A stretch of DNA of 63,596 nt, the filler included, from Chiloscyllium plagiosum (taxonomy: Eukaryota): the NCBI RefSeq assembly GCF_004010195.1. It is 4 parts of one record of this genome, joined end to end, with 100 filler letters (N's around TTAATTAATTAA, not from the genome) between each part and the next. Parts side by side here need not be neighbours in the genome. Positions count along the whole stretch, not along the records: positions 1 to 29,863 come from NC_057717.1; 3 more parts are not named here. The stretch is one strand, 5' to 3'. The notes beneath the pieces were generated by a model, which searched no databases, was not told the origin of the DNA, and saw only the letters and a program-made list of their open reading frames with translations. The translations under genes and the position numbers were made by a program. Shown piece by piece: positions 1 to 11,846 of the stretch (within the stretch, counting starts at the first letter, position 1; every line of letters starts with the position of its first letter).

Positions 1-1299
1 CAAATGGAAGTCAATCATCAGAAACGATGGAAGACCCAGGGAAGAGTTGTCTGCCAGACAACCGTTAGACTACAAGAAATAGAAACAGAATTAGGAAATT
101 TGGCTCATCCACCATTCGCTCATGGCTGATATGCTTCTGCACGCCATTAGCAGACCTTCCCCCAGTCAGGTATTTGTTCTATGCAAATTAGCGAAGCTGC
201 CTTCAATTTGTTAGTTTCTTTAAGAAATCTCACAGACAATCAAATACTGAAACAACTATTTCAACTTTATGGCACATAGCAAACAAAATGACACCTCTCA
301 AGTCTGCAAGTTCAGTCTGAGAATGAAATTTCACTCTCACCAAGTTAGTGGAGGAATTTAGCTCCAATCTTAAGTAATACTGCCTCCCTTTGAATGCGCC
401 TATTGTTTGATTGTTAAACTGTATTGTTCTGTGAACGTCTGAGACTGAGGCATCCTGACATTGAATTTTTATGCACGTTTCTGTCCTTCAGGTATATGGT
501 GTGAATCTATGGATGGTCTTTTCGACACGTTCATTTACTTCATTGATCACTGCGATGGAGCCACCATGTATAAAGCTTGCTTTCATATCAGAAGTAGCTC
601 ATCTGTTACATTTTACCTTTGGCATTGAATATCTCTTTGAAGCGCAGCTTATGCTTCTGTTAATCCCTTTTCCTCACGACATTCTTTCTCCAGACGATCT
701 TATTGAACTGATAGTCATGAACCAGCGGGTTATCAAGCAATGTCTTCTCCTGTGTCACAGAAAACAGCAAACAAAGGTTGCATCCCAGAAACAGCTAATT
801 GCTTTCAATTCCTTTATGATAGTTTGTCAACGTCCCTTAACAAGTTACTTTGGAAAAAAAGTCTCTTCGAGTAAATTACCCAAATCTACATTTCATTTGG
901 CTGTTTATTAAGAAGCCTCACAGTTGAATAAAGGCTGACACAATTACTTCAACTTCATTGGATATTTACACTAAGCTGAGAGTCCTGATAAGAGCAAGTT
1001 AACCCTCAGAAGCTACGTTTTCTATTACCCGATTGATGGTGGATTCAGGCTATGATTCCAACCAAGATTGTCTGGCGTTTTGTGTCCATTGATAGACCCA
1101 TGTTCAGTGTTGTTCTCCAGAGTTCAGCTATCAAAGAATTCTGTTGTGGCCCTATTGTCCAGAAATCCGTACTTTAGGTCTATAGAGACATAATCATTTC
1201 GATGGTTTCATTCAAATGATTAATAACTTTTTCAACGTCCTCAAGTCTGCTCTTTGTTTCCTCATAAGAAGTAAGACCCCTGTTCCTTAATGCATGTTT

Positions 1300-1800
1300 T
1301 TATTCATTTGTGGGATGTCAGCATTTTTGTTTGACCAGCACTTATTGAACAGCTGTCGTTGACCTTGAGAAGGTGGTGGCTTGCTGCTCGTTTGAACATT
1401 TGCATCTCATCTACAGTGGGTTGACCACGATGCTATTAAGGAGGGAATTCCAGGATTTTCACACAGCGAACGTGAAGGAATGGTGATATATTTCCAAGTC
1501 AGCGTTGTGAGTAGCATGGAGAGGACGCTGAAGGTGGTGGTACTCCCATACATGTGCTGCCCTTGTCTTTCTACATGAAAATGTTCATGGAACGTGATGG
1601 CTTTGGAGGTTTGGTGAATTTCTGCAGTTCGTCTTGTCGATAGTATGCACTGCTGTGAATGCGAGCTGGTGGGGGAGGAAGTGGGTGCTTGTGCATCAAG
1701 TAGCAAATACGTGGGCTGCTTTGTCCTGGAGAGTGGCCAACTTCTAAACTGTCTTTGGAGCTTTACACATTCAGGCAATTGAAGGGTTTTCATTGGACTC
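1300..1800 (-). mobile_element. Old L2/CR1-superfamily LINE 3' end (paralogs at ~11800-13020 and ~25635-26130)
   Basis: Minus-strand translation fragments resemble the LINE C-terminus (..TIKKLATLEDKAAH..SLPHQLTVAAVRTIYNKHC in the unit 2 paralog), followed by a ..CCCACAAATGAAT tail. Confidence 0.7.
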
Positions 1801-2199
1801 CCGTTTTTCTTTTCCTTGCAGGAAATGTGTTCCAAGATCCACATCAGCTGCCTTTGTGTTATATAGAGGAGAAGGCTCACCCTTCTTAGAACAAAAACTG
1901 ATAAACCAAATGGACAGCCCAGGCCCTATAACCTGTTAAAAGGACCCTGAAAAGAGGTGTCATACCGTTTTTCAGCAACTTCTAGTAGTTAAGTGAAAGA
2001 AATCCCTGACACTCATTTTACAATACACAAATCATAATTTATATATCTGACTCGAAAACTGAACAAATTAACTAAACTATTATCATCCCAAACCATTCCT
2101 GCATAACGACTAATCACGAGAAAAACACAAGACTGAAATCGTATGCTGTTCTAAGAAATACAATTCCCACAAATGCAAGAAAAGTAAACAGTTTAATCT

Positions 2200-3610
2200 C
2201 TCCAAATTGCAGCCAGGGTACGTGTCTATTTACTGATTTCCTAAAGTTTGACAAAAGTCCAAGTATGTGGTCCCTGAATTCTGAGTCAGCATTTTCTCCT
2301 TAATTATTTTCATTGCTCCTCTCACATCATGTTCCAAAGTGAATTCAAATAGACTGAATTTGCTGGGTCCGTTTGTTGCAAAGCGAATGCAAAAAAGGTA
2401 CATATGGAATTCCTGTATCCTGATCGTCTGGATAGTCCTCACCATAAACCCTCAACATGCCTTAAAAGCCTGATGCCAGCTTTCTACTGCAACTTTGTGA
2501 TTACAGATGGTCTGCAGTAGATTTGAATTGTTGTGTCTGCAATTTTCCATAACTTGCCGCAATAATTTGGATGTATATTTCACTCTTGATCTGATTATTT
2601 CTTTGTGGGTAGTTTGTATCTAGTGAAAAGCTTGTGTACGACGTCTGCAGTCCTTTTAGCTGTGATATGACGGAATGGAAAGGCCGTTGGAAATCTAGGG
2701 GATACGTGCATTGTTGTCAACAAAAGCTGATTCTTATTTTTTTATCATCAGTAGGTATCCTACACAATCGACGTTTTCTCAAATGCACGAATGAGTATTA
2801 AAGTTGTTTGTTTTATTACTGCCTGAGATGTATGGCATGTCGAGAAAAAGGCCAACCCCATCATGTGCAGTCCAGGCCATGAAAAATGCTTTATAAGTTT
2901 TAGCTTGAAGTTTTCTTAAAATTGAATGACCTTGCATTAGTAATTTATGTGCCACATGCAACACCACCTTTCCATAATCCTATGCTAATACAACTTGATG
3001 AACCTCTGTCTATTTCTCATCTGCCCGATATATGATGGCCTCTACTTCCTTATCAAGATATCATTTTTAAGATTGCAACATTCCGGAATATACTCACATT
3101 TGTATTTGTCTGTGTACGCTATCTGATATATTTGCTTCAGTTTTCCAACTTCCTGTTATGACTAAGTTAATTGATTTGCACGAAAAATATCCGCTTTATC
3201 CGCCACTGATCCTTTTTTTGATTGAATCACTCGATCAAACATGGCCTCTGATAATTCTACTTCAACTTCCTTATCTGTGTTCTGTACTTTCCACTCCCGT
3301 TTCACTTGGTGGGTTTGTGACCTTGTTATCACAGAGACAAAAGAAATTGGTGTTGGAGGCCGAACTTTGCTTTATGAGCAAATTCATAATGATCAGCCAT
3401 TTCAGCAGCGATTCTTGCCATTTCAACCGTCTGCTCTTTCACATGAGCTCTTACTACCTCAGAAACTGAATTTTTGGACTCCTCCAAAATGATCGTTTTT
3501 CTCAGAGGTCCATGTGTTTGATCCAGTTTATTTTGTCCTTATCCACCGGTCACATTTTGGTTGTTTGCTCCTTTCAAGCTCAACTTATTTTTGATCAAGG
3601 TCCCACCTTA
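2200..3610 (-). mobile_element. Degenerate Gmr1-type Ty3/Gypsy LTR retrotransposon remnant (SCAN-like gag + integrase); paralogs at ~13440-14400 and ~26460-26775
   Basis: Minus strand: PLRKTIILEESKNSVSEVVRAHVKEQTVEMARIAAEMADHYEFAHK (~3365-3510, SCAN-like gag); VLHVAHKLLMQGHSILRKLQAK (integrase Zn-binding region); FSLFEFTLEHDVRGAMKIIKEK (FSPFELxFGHEVRGPL-like integrase C-terminus). Confidence 0.7.
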
Positions 3611-4099
3611 AATTGCTGAAATGTTGGATCGTTATTGTATTGCAGGATCTGGCATTTTCAGTCTGCACAGTGTAGTTTTGGTGTACTCGTTGATCAGGAC
3701 CATGTCCACTGCTCACCTACAATGTCACCGATCCATAGAACAGCACGTTCTTTTTCACTGGAGCAGACAGAGATATGGGCATTCCAGATCTGCCAATTTT
3801 CAAATAAAGGAATGAAAAATCACTGGTCGAGTATTCCAGTTTCAGGCTATCTGACTTCTAAACGTTGTCTATGCATCGATGTCTGAAACTGAACATTGAA
3901 CCCCTTAAAGTGTAGACTGCTCAAACTGTAGAGCAGAAAACCACCATACAGACTCAGTTTGTCCAAAGATCTGACTGACGATATAATGATTATCGACGGA
4001 AAATAAGGTAAGTTGATTTGTTCCATGCTTGTGATGCCATTTCTTGTGTTGGGGATATCATTTCCTGTTCTTTTTCTCAGAAGATGATATTTAGATAGA

Positions 4100-5045
4100 A
4101 ATCGATGTTATTGTTGATAGAGTTCCTGTTGGAATGCCATGGTTGGAGGAATCTCTTGAGTGTCTCAGTTTGACTTGTCCAAGGATGGATATGTTGTCAG
4201 AGTTGAAGTGGTGACATTCCTCATCTGTATGTAAGGATACTAGTGATAGTGGGTCATGTCTTTTCGTGGCAAGTTGATGTTCATGTATCCTGGAGGCTAG
4301 TTTTTTGCCTGTTTGTCCAAAGTAGTATTTTGTAAATGACGTACGTCTTGCTTGTTGTCTGCACCGGATGTTGCATGTTCATTTTAGTGTGTTGGGGGTG
4401 GTGGGGGTTTTGTGGGCTACCATAATACCAAGAGGTTTGAGTAGTCTGGCAGTCGTTCCTGAGATGTGTATGATGAAAGGGAGAGTGGCGAAGTTTTCTG
4501 GGAGGGTTTTGTCTGCTGCTTTTTTAACTGAGAAATTGACGGACAGTGTTCATTGGCTAACCACCTTTTTATATGCGCTGTATATGTAGTTTTCTTTTAA
4601 TCTTTGTAGATCTTCTGTGCTGCAGTGTGTGGCGGTTCGTTAAAATAATGTTCCAATGCAGCTTCATTTGTGGGAGAAGAAGAAATAGTGGAGGAAAACC
4701 ACAATAATGTGCCATTCCTTGATGTCACAGTTCAATGAACAGTCAATGGAGGGCTTCAAACCAAGGTCTACTGGAAAACAACACACATGGAACAAATACA
4801 GAACAGCAGGAGCAATCATCCCAACATCCATGCGAAGCTGCATTAGAACATCATCTGAGAAAAAGCATAGGAAATGGCATCACCACAGGAAATGACATCA
4901 CCTGCCCACGGAAACCCAAGTACATAAGTAGAATGCGGGCCATAATGCCAGTGCTTCACTAGAGGCTCACTGATGATGTTACCTCGTATGGTGATGAAAC
5001 GTTTAAAAACCAACAAAGCGAGCAAGGTTACATTCAGTAATCTCA
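4100..5045. mobile_element. Penelope-like element with internal inversion (GIY-YIG part on -, RT C-terminus and hammerhead tail on +); paralog at ~16040-16990
   Basis: Minus ~4120-4330 encodes GQTGKKLASRIHEHQLATKRHDPLSLVSLHTDEE-type GIY-YIG sequence; plus ~4690-4850 encodes EENHNNVPFLDVTV..KVYWKTTH..SNHPN..RSCIRT. Confidence 0.75.
4966..5007 (+). ncRNA. Minimal hammerhead ribozyme-like motif (PLE family A); paralog 16892-16933
   Basis: CTGATGA-T-GTTACC(tcgtat)GGTGAT-GAAAC-GTT. Paralog has GTTATC/GGTGAC, so helix II pairing is retained. Confidence 0.6.
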
Positions 5046-5412
5046 TAGTGATTGCGGACATGGTCATGAAGGCAATAGTTGACCAGTTCATGCTGCAAAA
5101 ACAGAAACATAATTCTCTGTCTGGCAATCGGCACAGCAACCAAATATTTACTACAACGGTTTGAGCTGATACTTCGTACATACTAAGTCCATAGGTTTGC
5201 AGGAAATATAAACTAGAATAGACGATGCTGTTTCTAAAGCCAACTCAGACATGCAACAGGAACATGATCGACCCAATGTTGTTCCATTCCTGCGTTTTCC
5301 CATAATGAATGATTCCCTTCGTGATCAGAATATATCTATCTCAGCCTGAAATAGAGCAATGGGTTCTGAGCCACAGCTGTCTGTGGCAAGGGGTCCCGAG
5401 CCAGAATCCTTT

Positions 5413-5683
5413 GGGCGGCACGGTGGCACAGTGGTTAGCACTGCTGCCTCACAGCACCAGATGCCCGGGTTCAATCCCCGCCTCAGACGATTGACTGTGT
5501 TGAGTTTCCACATTCTCCCCGTGTCTGCGTGACTTTCCTCCGGGTGCTCCTGTTTCCTCCCACAGTCCAAAGATGTGCAGGTCAGGTGAATTGGTTATGC
5601 GAAATTGCCCGTAATGTTAGGCGGGTCGGTGTGGACTTGTTGGGCCGAAGGACCTGTTTTGCGCTGTAAGTAACCTAATCTAA
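5413..5683 (+). mobile_element. tRNA-derived V-SINE (HE1-type elasmobranch SINE), near full length
   Basis: GGCGGCACGGTGGCACAGTGGTTAGCACTGCTGCCTCACAGC head with A/B boxes (GGTTCAATCCC), V-core TTCTCCCCGTGTCTGCGTG..TTCCTCCCACAGTCCAAAGA, CR1-like GGGCCGAAGG tail; absent at the homologous site in unit 2 (~17340). Confidence 0.9.
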
Positions 5684-5689
5684 GATAAA

Positions 5690-7060
5690 CTTGCATCTTC
5701 TCTGAGTCTCAAATTGAATTGCCTACCTTCTGATCCAGTATCATTTGATTCTAGACTCTCCGATGAAGGGAAACCTGTTCTCAGCATTTAGTTGGTCAAA
5801 TCCCTTCAGAATTCTACATATTTCGGTGACTTCAACTCTCATAATTCTAAATATCTAGGAGTGGATTCCGAACTAGTTTAGCTTTCACACATGCGGAAAA
5901 TTCACACTCTGGGTTTGAGTGTTTGAAATTTCGTGAACTGGCTTGAAAGAAGTCATATCTTTTCTTCCATGAGGAGACGGAAACTGTTCAGAGTACTCCG
6001 GATGTTGTCTCATCAACACTTTGCAATAACTATTACGCATTCTTTTAATCCAAACCCTTTGAAATTTGGGGAAAAAATCAATTAGATTTCCTGATTACCC
6101 CTTGCACCTCACTATGCGTTTCTCTGTTTCATGCAGAAGTACTCTCAAGCATTTATGTGCTGCAGCCTTTTTCCGTTATTTTCATTTAAATAATGTTGCG
6201 TTTTCTTCCTCTCCCTTTCAACATGAACAACTGCTCATTGCTTTCGCGTCTTATTACGTTGGGCATTTTCTTTCCCACTTACTTAATCGATCAGTACCTC
6301 TCCGTCGATTGGTTGTACACCTTTTCGAATTTACCTTGTCATCTGTGGTTGTGTTGTCTGAAAATTTGGCAAAAAGGTGCATTTCCCTCCTTCCTGCAAA
6401 TCATTAATAAAGGTTATAAAACATTTGTGGTACCAGGACTGACCCTTGTTGAACCCCCAACGATTCAGATCGTCATTTGTAAAAGTAACTCCTGAACAGT
6501 ATTGGCTATTTCCTGCCAAATGCTAAATTCTGAAACTATGCTGACGTGCAACCTCTAATACCATGGACTCTCGTGTCTTATCCTTTTGCACGGTTCCTTG
6601 TGAAACCCCTTCTTGTAGTTTGATCACTCTGCTTTGACTGCTTCTCTTTCTTTCGATTATGGTTCAGATCTACTCGAAAAGGTCGAAGAAATTTCTCAGA
6701 AACTGTTTTCCTATTTTGGAGCCATGCCGATTCTGCTAGATTAATCAGCGATTTTCCAAGTGGACTGCTATTCGTTACTGAACAGTTGAGTCTGCTACTT
6801 TTTAAATTTCAACCAGAGATGTTCAGCTGATTGGTTCATGGTTAAAAAAAACTGACCACGTTCCCTTTTTTTAAACAAAACGTCTTACACGTTGGTCGTT
6901 TTAGAATCCTTTGCTACTCTTCCCAAATTCATTGTAATTTTTTGGAAAATTAAAACCAGTGCATATACTGCATCTGTAGCTACATCTTTTCTGATCCCAG
7001 TGTGCAATTGATAAGGACCGGGAGATATATAGCCCAATAAATTCCTCTGACACAATTTCT
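5690..7060 (-). mobile_element. Ancient CR1-type LINE remnant shared by all three units (also ~17340-18660, ~26780-28070)
   Basis: Degenerate RT motifs on minus strand in the paralogs (CTFAKFSGNTTTG / CTFAKFSDNTTTG ~ KFADDTKIG; TGVSPGTT). Confidence 0.55.
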
Positions 7061-7720
7061 CTCGTGATGTGTTGATGCTCAATTCCTCTTCTCTATTCTT
7101 AAACATTAGTATCTTCTTTGAAAATAGTACAAGCTGCTTTGTGTTTTGTAAGAGAAACAATCAGATTCATTCAGTGCTCGGTGTTCATACCAAGGCTGGT
7201 ACATGAACTATTTGATTTCCAGCTTGAATAGAATAGGTTACTGGCTCGGCTGGTGGCACTCTTGAACGTAAGCAGGAAAATTACTGGTTTTATTGAATAG
7301 GATGTGTAAATGAGTGAACCTCCAAGAGAGTAATCAATTGTTCAGAATTCACTTGCCCATTCATCGCGACTGAGTCTGCGATTTCAGAAACTGGGGAATG
7401 GTTAGGCTGTGATGAGCCGCCGCATGCATTAATGATGGAACAATTGGCAATTGGCCATATAAGGGTACAGTCGATAAAGGGATTAATGACAGAAACTTAG
7501 GGACCGATTCATAAGGTAGGATTATGTCATTCAAAGGAAAAGGGTCTAAATTCAAAAATGAGGAAAAGTACATGACATGAGATCCAATGAACAGAGAATG
7601 CAACGGAAGTGAAGTCAACAATGCCAGGTGGAGATCTTATTTTATTGAGGGTATTATGCAAAAGAAACATTTCTTTTCGTTTCTCAGGTGATTGTGAGTA
7701 ATATCAGTGATAATGTGAGG

Positions 7721-7755
7721 TAATTGACTCTCTAGAGGTCTGATATATATATAAA
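7721..7755 (+). promoter_or_regulatory. Candidate GPCR proximal promoter: TAATTG + O/E-like site + TATA box
   Basis: TATAAA at 7750, 19348 and 28751, 75-84 nt upstream of each ATG, preceded in all copies by (T/C)AATTG and TCTC(T/C)AGAG. Confidence 0.4.
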
Positions 7756-7833
7756 TACACATATCCATTGCATACCTTGGCCACACACCAGCCACTGATC
7801 TTCAGCCTCTGCAGAAGGCATTTATTCTCAGAA

Positions 7834-7903
7834 ATGACGGAACCACCGATTTTGCTGTTGATAGAGTTTTACTATCCACTTCTCGCAGCTGTTAGTCTTC
7901 CAG
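7834..7903 (+). CDS. GPR139-like: GPR139-like class A GPCR copy 1, coding exon 1 (MTEPPILLLIEFYYPLLAAVSLP + phase-1 G)
   Basis: ATG at 7834, canonical donor CAG|GTAAG at 7904, conserved in copies 2 and 3. Supplies the first half of TM1 (YYxLL..LP/AN as in GPR139). Confidence 0.88.
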
Positions 7904-8280
7904 GTAAGCCATTCAACCCGTTTGTATTTAATTGGTTTTAGTTTTTCCTTGTTAATGGTACTTACTGAATGTCTCAGTGTTACCAGAACAATATCGAGAA
8001 TCATGTCAGGACACTTTTTCCTATTCCCTTTTTCTGGTTTAACAATACTGGTTTAGCAATAACAATTAAACATAAGAGTCGTCTGAAAATATATTTGCTG
8101 ATCTTTAGAGAGTCAGACAATACCACATAGATTGATGACTGGATCACTGTATTAAATGTTTGGGTAAATTTTGGATTTTGTAAATCACTCAGAATGTGTT
8201 CAAAAGCTTTTAATAAGTACCTTCATCTCTGTTTCAACAATGCATTGCAATATTAACGATCATTTGTGTTTATCTGGCAG

Positions 8281-9177
8281 CAAACATGATGACCATTTTA
8301 ATTCTTTTTCGAGAAAACTGTGGTCTTTCCAACTGCATCTCATCTCACATGGTGGCCATGGCAACATCGGATCTANNNNNNNNNNNNNNNNNNNNNNNNN
8401 NNNNNNNNNNNNNNNNNNNNNNNNNNNNNNNNNNNNNNNNNNNNNNNNNNNNNNNNNNNNNNNNNNNNATACATGATAACCATCGGTCTGGATCTAACTG
8501 TTTGGTTCACCGTTTTCTTCGCATTTGACAGATTTGTGGCGATCTGCTGTCAGAAGTTTAAGACAAAACATTGCACTGAAAAAACTGCAATCACAATATT
8601 TAGAATCGTCTCCGTTCTGATCTTGTTAAAGAACATCCCGCTTTTGTTTGCATATGAACCAGTGCAAATCATTAATCAAATTGAATGGGGCTGCCAGTCA
8701 AGTGTAACTTTCTTTGCTTCATCTCCCGGAATGGCGTTTGTCTGGTTCTACAGCACCTGGGTTGCTTGGCTTCCATTTCTCCTAATTTTCTTGTTTAATT
8801 CTTTAACATTCCACCGTATCATCGTGGCGAATAGGACTCCCATTGGACTGCAGGATGACAGAACTGAGAAGCAAATCAATTCAGGGATGGAAAACCGGAG
8901 GAAGTACTTAATTTTATTGTTGCCGGTATCAAGCAGTTTCATATTGCTTTGGTTAACGCAGTCAGTGAGTTTGGTCATGACCAGACTGTCACACGGTAAT
9001 TACTATCGCGGTGACTTTAGCAACCCTGAATACATCGCGACTGAAACAGGAGATATGTTGAAGTTATTGAGTTGTTTCCTGAAAACATGCATTTATGCAG
9101 CAACCCAGAACAAATTCAGAGAAGAGCTAAACAACGTGGGGAAATCTCTATGGAAGAAAATAAATCACATTATTTGA
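8281..9177 (+). CDS. GPR139-like: GPR139-like class A GPCR copy 1, coding exon 2; spliced product ~322 aa, probably intact
   Basis: Acceptor ..TCTGGCAG|8281; ANMMTILIL..CGLSNCI..MVAMATSDL (TM2), TVFFAFDRFVAICC (DRF), NIP (TM4), WGC (ECL2), LPFLLIFLFN (TM5), ENRRK..FILLW (TM6), KTCIYAATQNKFREEL (TM7/H8), TGA at 9177. The N-gap 8376-8468 is 93 nt where copy 2 has 95 nt, which explains the apparent frameshift. Confidence 0.88.
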
Positions 9178-11846
9178 AAAACCCGTGGACAAGAGAAATA
9201 TATTTAACGGGAATCTCTTTGTAGCTGAAACTGAATTTCATGTCGATGTTCGCCAAAGAAGTATCGTCGTCCATCGGGCTGCGCCAAAAAAAATGCTTTA
9301 TGCAGATATCCCTTCAATGTCTGAGTGAATATTTGATCTCGATTTTACATCCTGCTTTTCATTTGTTTAGTTGAAAAGTTTGCATTTGCATGGATATACT
9401 ACCTTTAATCTCAAAAATCATTTTTTAAAAAAAATCATGAGCGGTGACATTTGACAAATAAGTAAATTAGTCCATTGCAGACACTCAGATCCAACGCTTC
9501 AGTTTCAAATCCCGGTCAAGCTTATTTCTGTCTGGAAAAAATAATTAAAGATATTGCTGCCTCAAACTTGTGAACTGCACATTTCATGTGAATACTGCAG
9601 GAAAGGCACTCAATCATCTGACAAAATAACAATTTGAAACGTTATATACAGCTAAATAGACAAACAAAATGTCCTTCCTTGGTTTCCTAGTGATTGCATA
9701 ATGCTGAATAAAAAATAATATTTGAATAGATGTAGCCGACAATTTCTGTAATTTATCTCCCAGTACACATAGGCATATGATTAAAGCATTCATTGATGAG
9801 TGCACATATGCACCGTAGTTTCGTGGAAGTGTGGAAAGTACGAGCGATCATTCACCACAATGCTTTTTTCCGCATTCTTCCGATATCAGTTCATCCCGAT
9901 TGCCCTCAGAAAGACACGAGTCTCCTTCTTGAACGTATTGACAGTCTTGATCTCAATTACGTTCTGAACCAGAGAGATCCACAGGTAAACAACAGTAAGG
10001 TGAAAGAGCACAGCATCGCAGTGACTATGAGGACATCAAGAAATCAACGTTTCGGGTGTACTCCACAGTGTCCATTTGGAAACTCTCTGATCATCTTAAT
10101 ACTGAACGTTTTACGCCCTGTTCTGAGACTGTGACCCATGGTTCCAGCTCGCAGTCACATCGTGGGAAATCAGAACAACATGCTTTTTTCCTAACTCGTA
10201 AAATAAGATTTCCTTAATCAAATCCTAATATTTGTATTAGATTCAACGAAGGGAAGGTTAAGTCACTGTCTAAGCCAATACTTAATGCCCACTCGTTATT
10301 GTCTGACTGAAATGGTGCAGTGCTGTTTTCTTTATTGGTACCAGATGAAGGCTATTTAGGTGTGCTCACCCACGTTTCTTCACACAGGTACAATTTTTAA
10401 CACACGTATGCTCTCATTTAATTAGATGGCATAAACATGTAACAGACTCACAGAGTCACACAGCACGGAAGAAGAGTCTTCGGTCCAACCAGTGTTAGCT
10501 GATCATTTTCAGGCAAATGGAAGTCAATCATCAGAAGTGAGGGAAGATCCAGGGAAAAGCCGTGTAGCAGACAACCATGAGACCCTGCGCCATAGAAACC
10601 GAATTAGGAGATTCGGCTCATCCATCACTCATGGCTGATATGCTTTTGCACGTTATTAGCAGACCTTCTCCCAGTCAGGCTTGAATCCCGTTGTTACATG
10701 AAAATTAGCGAAGCTACCTTCAATTCGATAGTTGCTTTAAGAAATCTCACAGACAATCAAATACTGAAGCATTTTATAGCCCGTAGCTAACAGATTATTA
10801 CCTCCCAAGTCCGCATGTTCAGCCTGAGAATGGAATTTCCCTCTTACCAAATTAGTAGAGGAATTTAGCTCCGATTTCAAGTCATACTGTCTGCCTTTGG
10901 ATGTGCCTAATGTTTGAATGTTAAATGGTATTGTTCTGCGAATGTCTAAGACTGAGGCATCCTGAAATTGAATTCTTACACAAGTTTCTGTCCATCAAGA
11001 TTATAGTGTGAAACTGTAGATGGTCTTTTCGACACGTTCATTCACTTTATTGATCACTGCAATGGAGCCACCAAGTTTGCAGCTTGCTTTCATATCAGGA
11101 GTAGCTCCCCTGTTACATTTTTCCTTCAGCATTGACTATCTCTTTGAAGCACAGCCTTTGCTGCCGTTAATCCCTTTTCCCCAGGACATTCTTTTTTCCA
11201 GACTATCTTATTTAACCAACATTCATTTTCCAACAGGTAATCAAGTAATATTATCTCCTGTCTCACAGAAAACCGCGAACATATGTTCCATCCCAGAAAC
11301 AGCAAAACACTTTCAATTCCTGTATGGCCTTTCGTCATGGTCCCTGAACCGGTTACTTCGGCAAAAAGTCCATTCGAGTAAATTGCCCCAATCTACATTT
11401 AATCTGGCTACTTGTTAAGAAGCCTCACAGGAGAACAAATGCTGAGACAATTACTTCCCCTTTTTATTGCATATTTAAATTAAACTGAGAATCCTGAAGT
11501 GAGCAACTTAAGCCGCAGAACCTACCTCAGATATAACCCAATTAATGGTGGATTCAAGCTATGATTTTAACCAACACTCTCTGTGTTTTGGTGTGAATTA
11601 ATAGACCCATGTTCAGTGTTGTTCTCCCGAGTTCAGCTGTTGAAGAATTCTACAGAAATCCATACTTCAGGTCTATAGGGAAATATCATTGATGATCATT
11701 TCGATTCTTTCGTTCAAATGATTAATTATTTGTTCAGTGTCCTCCAGTTTGTAGTTTGTTTCTTCACGAAAAAAGGCCCTTCTCCTTAATGTATATTTTT
11801 ATTCATTGGTGGGATATCGGCATTTCTCTCTGGCCAGCATTGATTG

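Larger units (their letters stand above)
1..10513. repeat. Tandem segmental duplication unit 1 of the GPCR array (5' end may lie outside the window)
   Basis: Anchor CAAATGGAAGTCAAT(C/G)ATCAGAA recurs at 1, 10514 and 22594, and collinear homology continues through non-coding DNA, old TE remnants and the GPCR gene in each unit. Confidence 0.92.

Noticed and set aside
471..911. Plus-strand ORF recurring at 11020-11418 and 24812-25048 (MVFSTRSF..MEPP)
   Set aside because: Recurrence is explained by the segmental duplication; frames and stops differ between copies and there is no recognisable domain
5413..5485. tRNA-like sequence with A and B boxes
   Set aside because: It is the head of a V-SINE and continues into the SINE core and tail; not a tRNA gene
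8748..8978. Antisense ORF conserved with 20326-20556
   Set aside because: Shadow of the GPCR coding strand in duplicated genes
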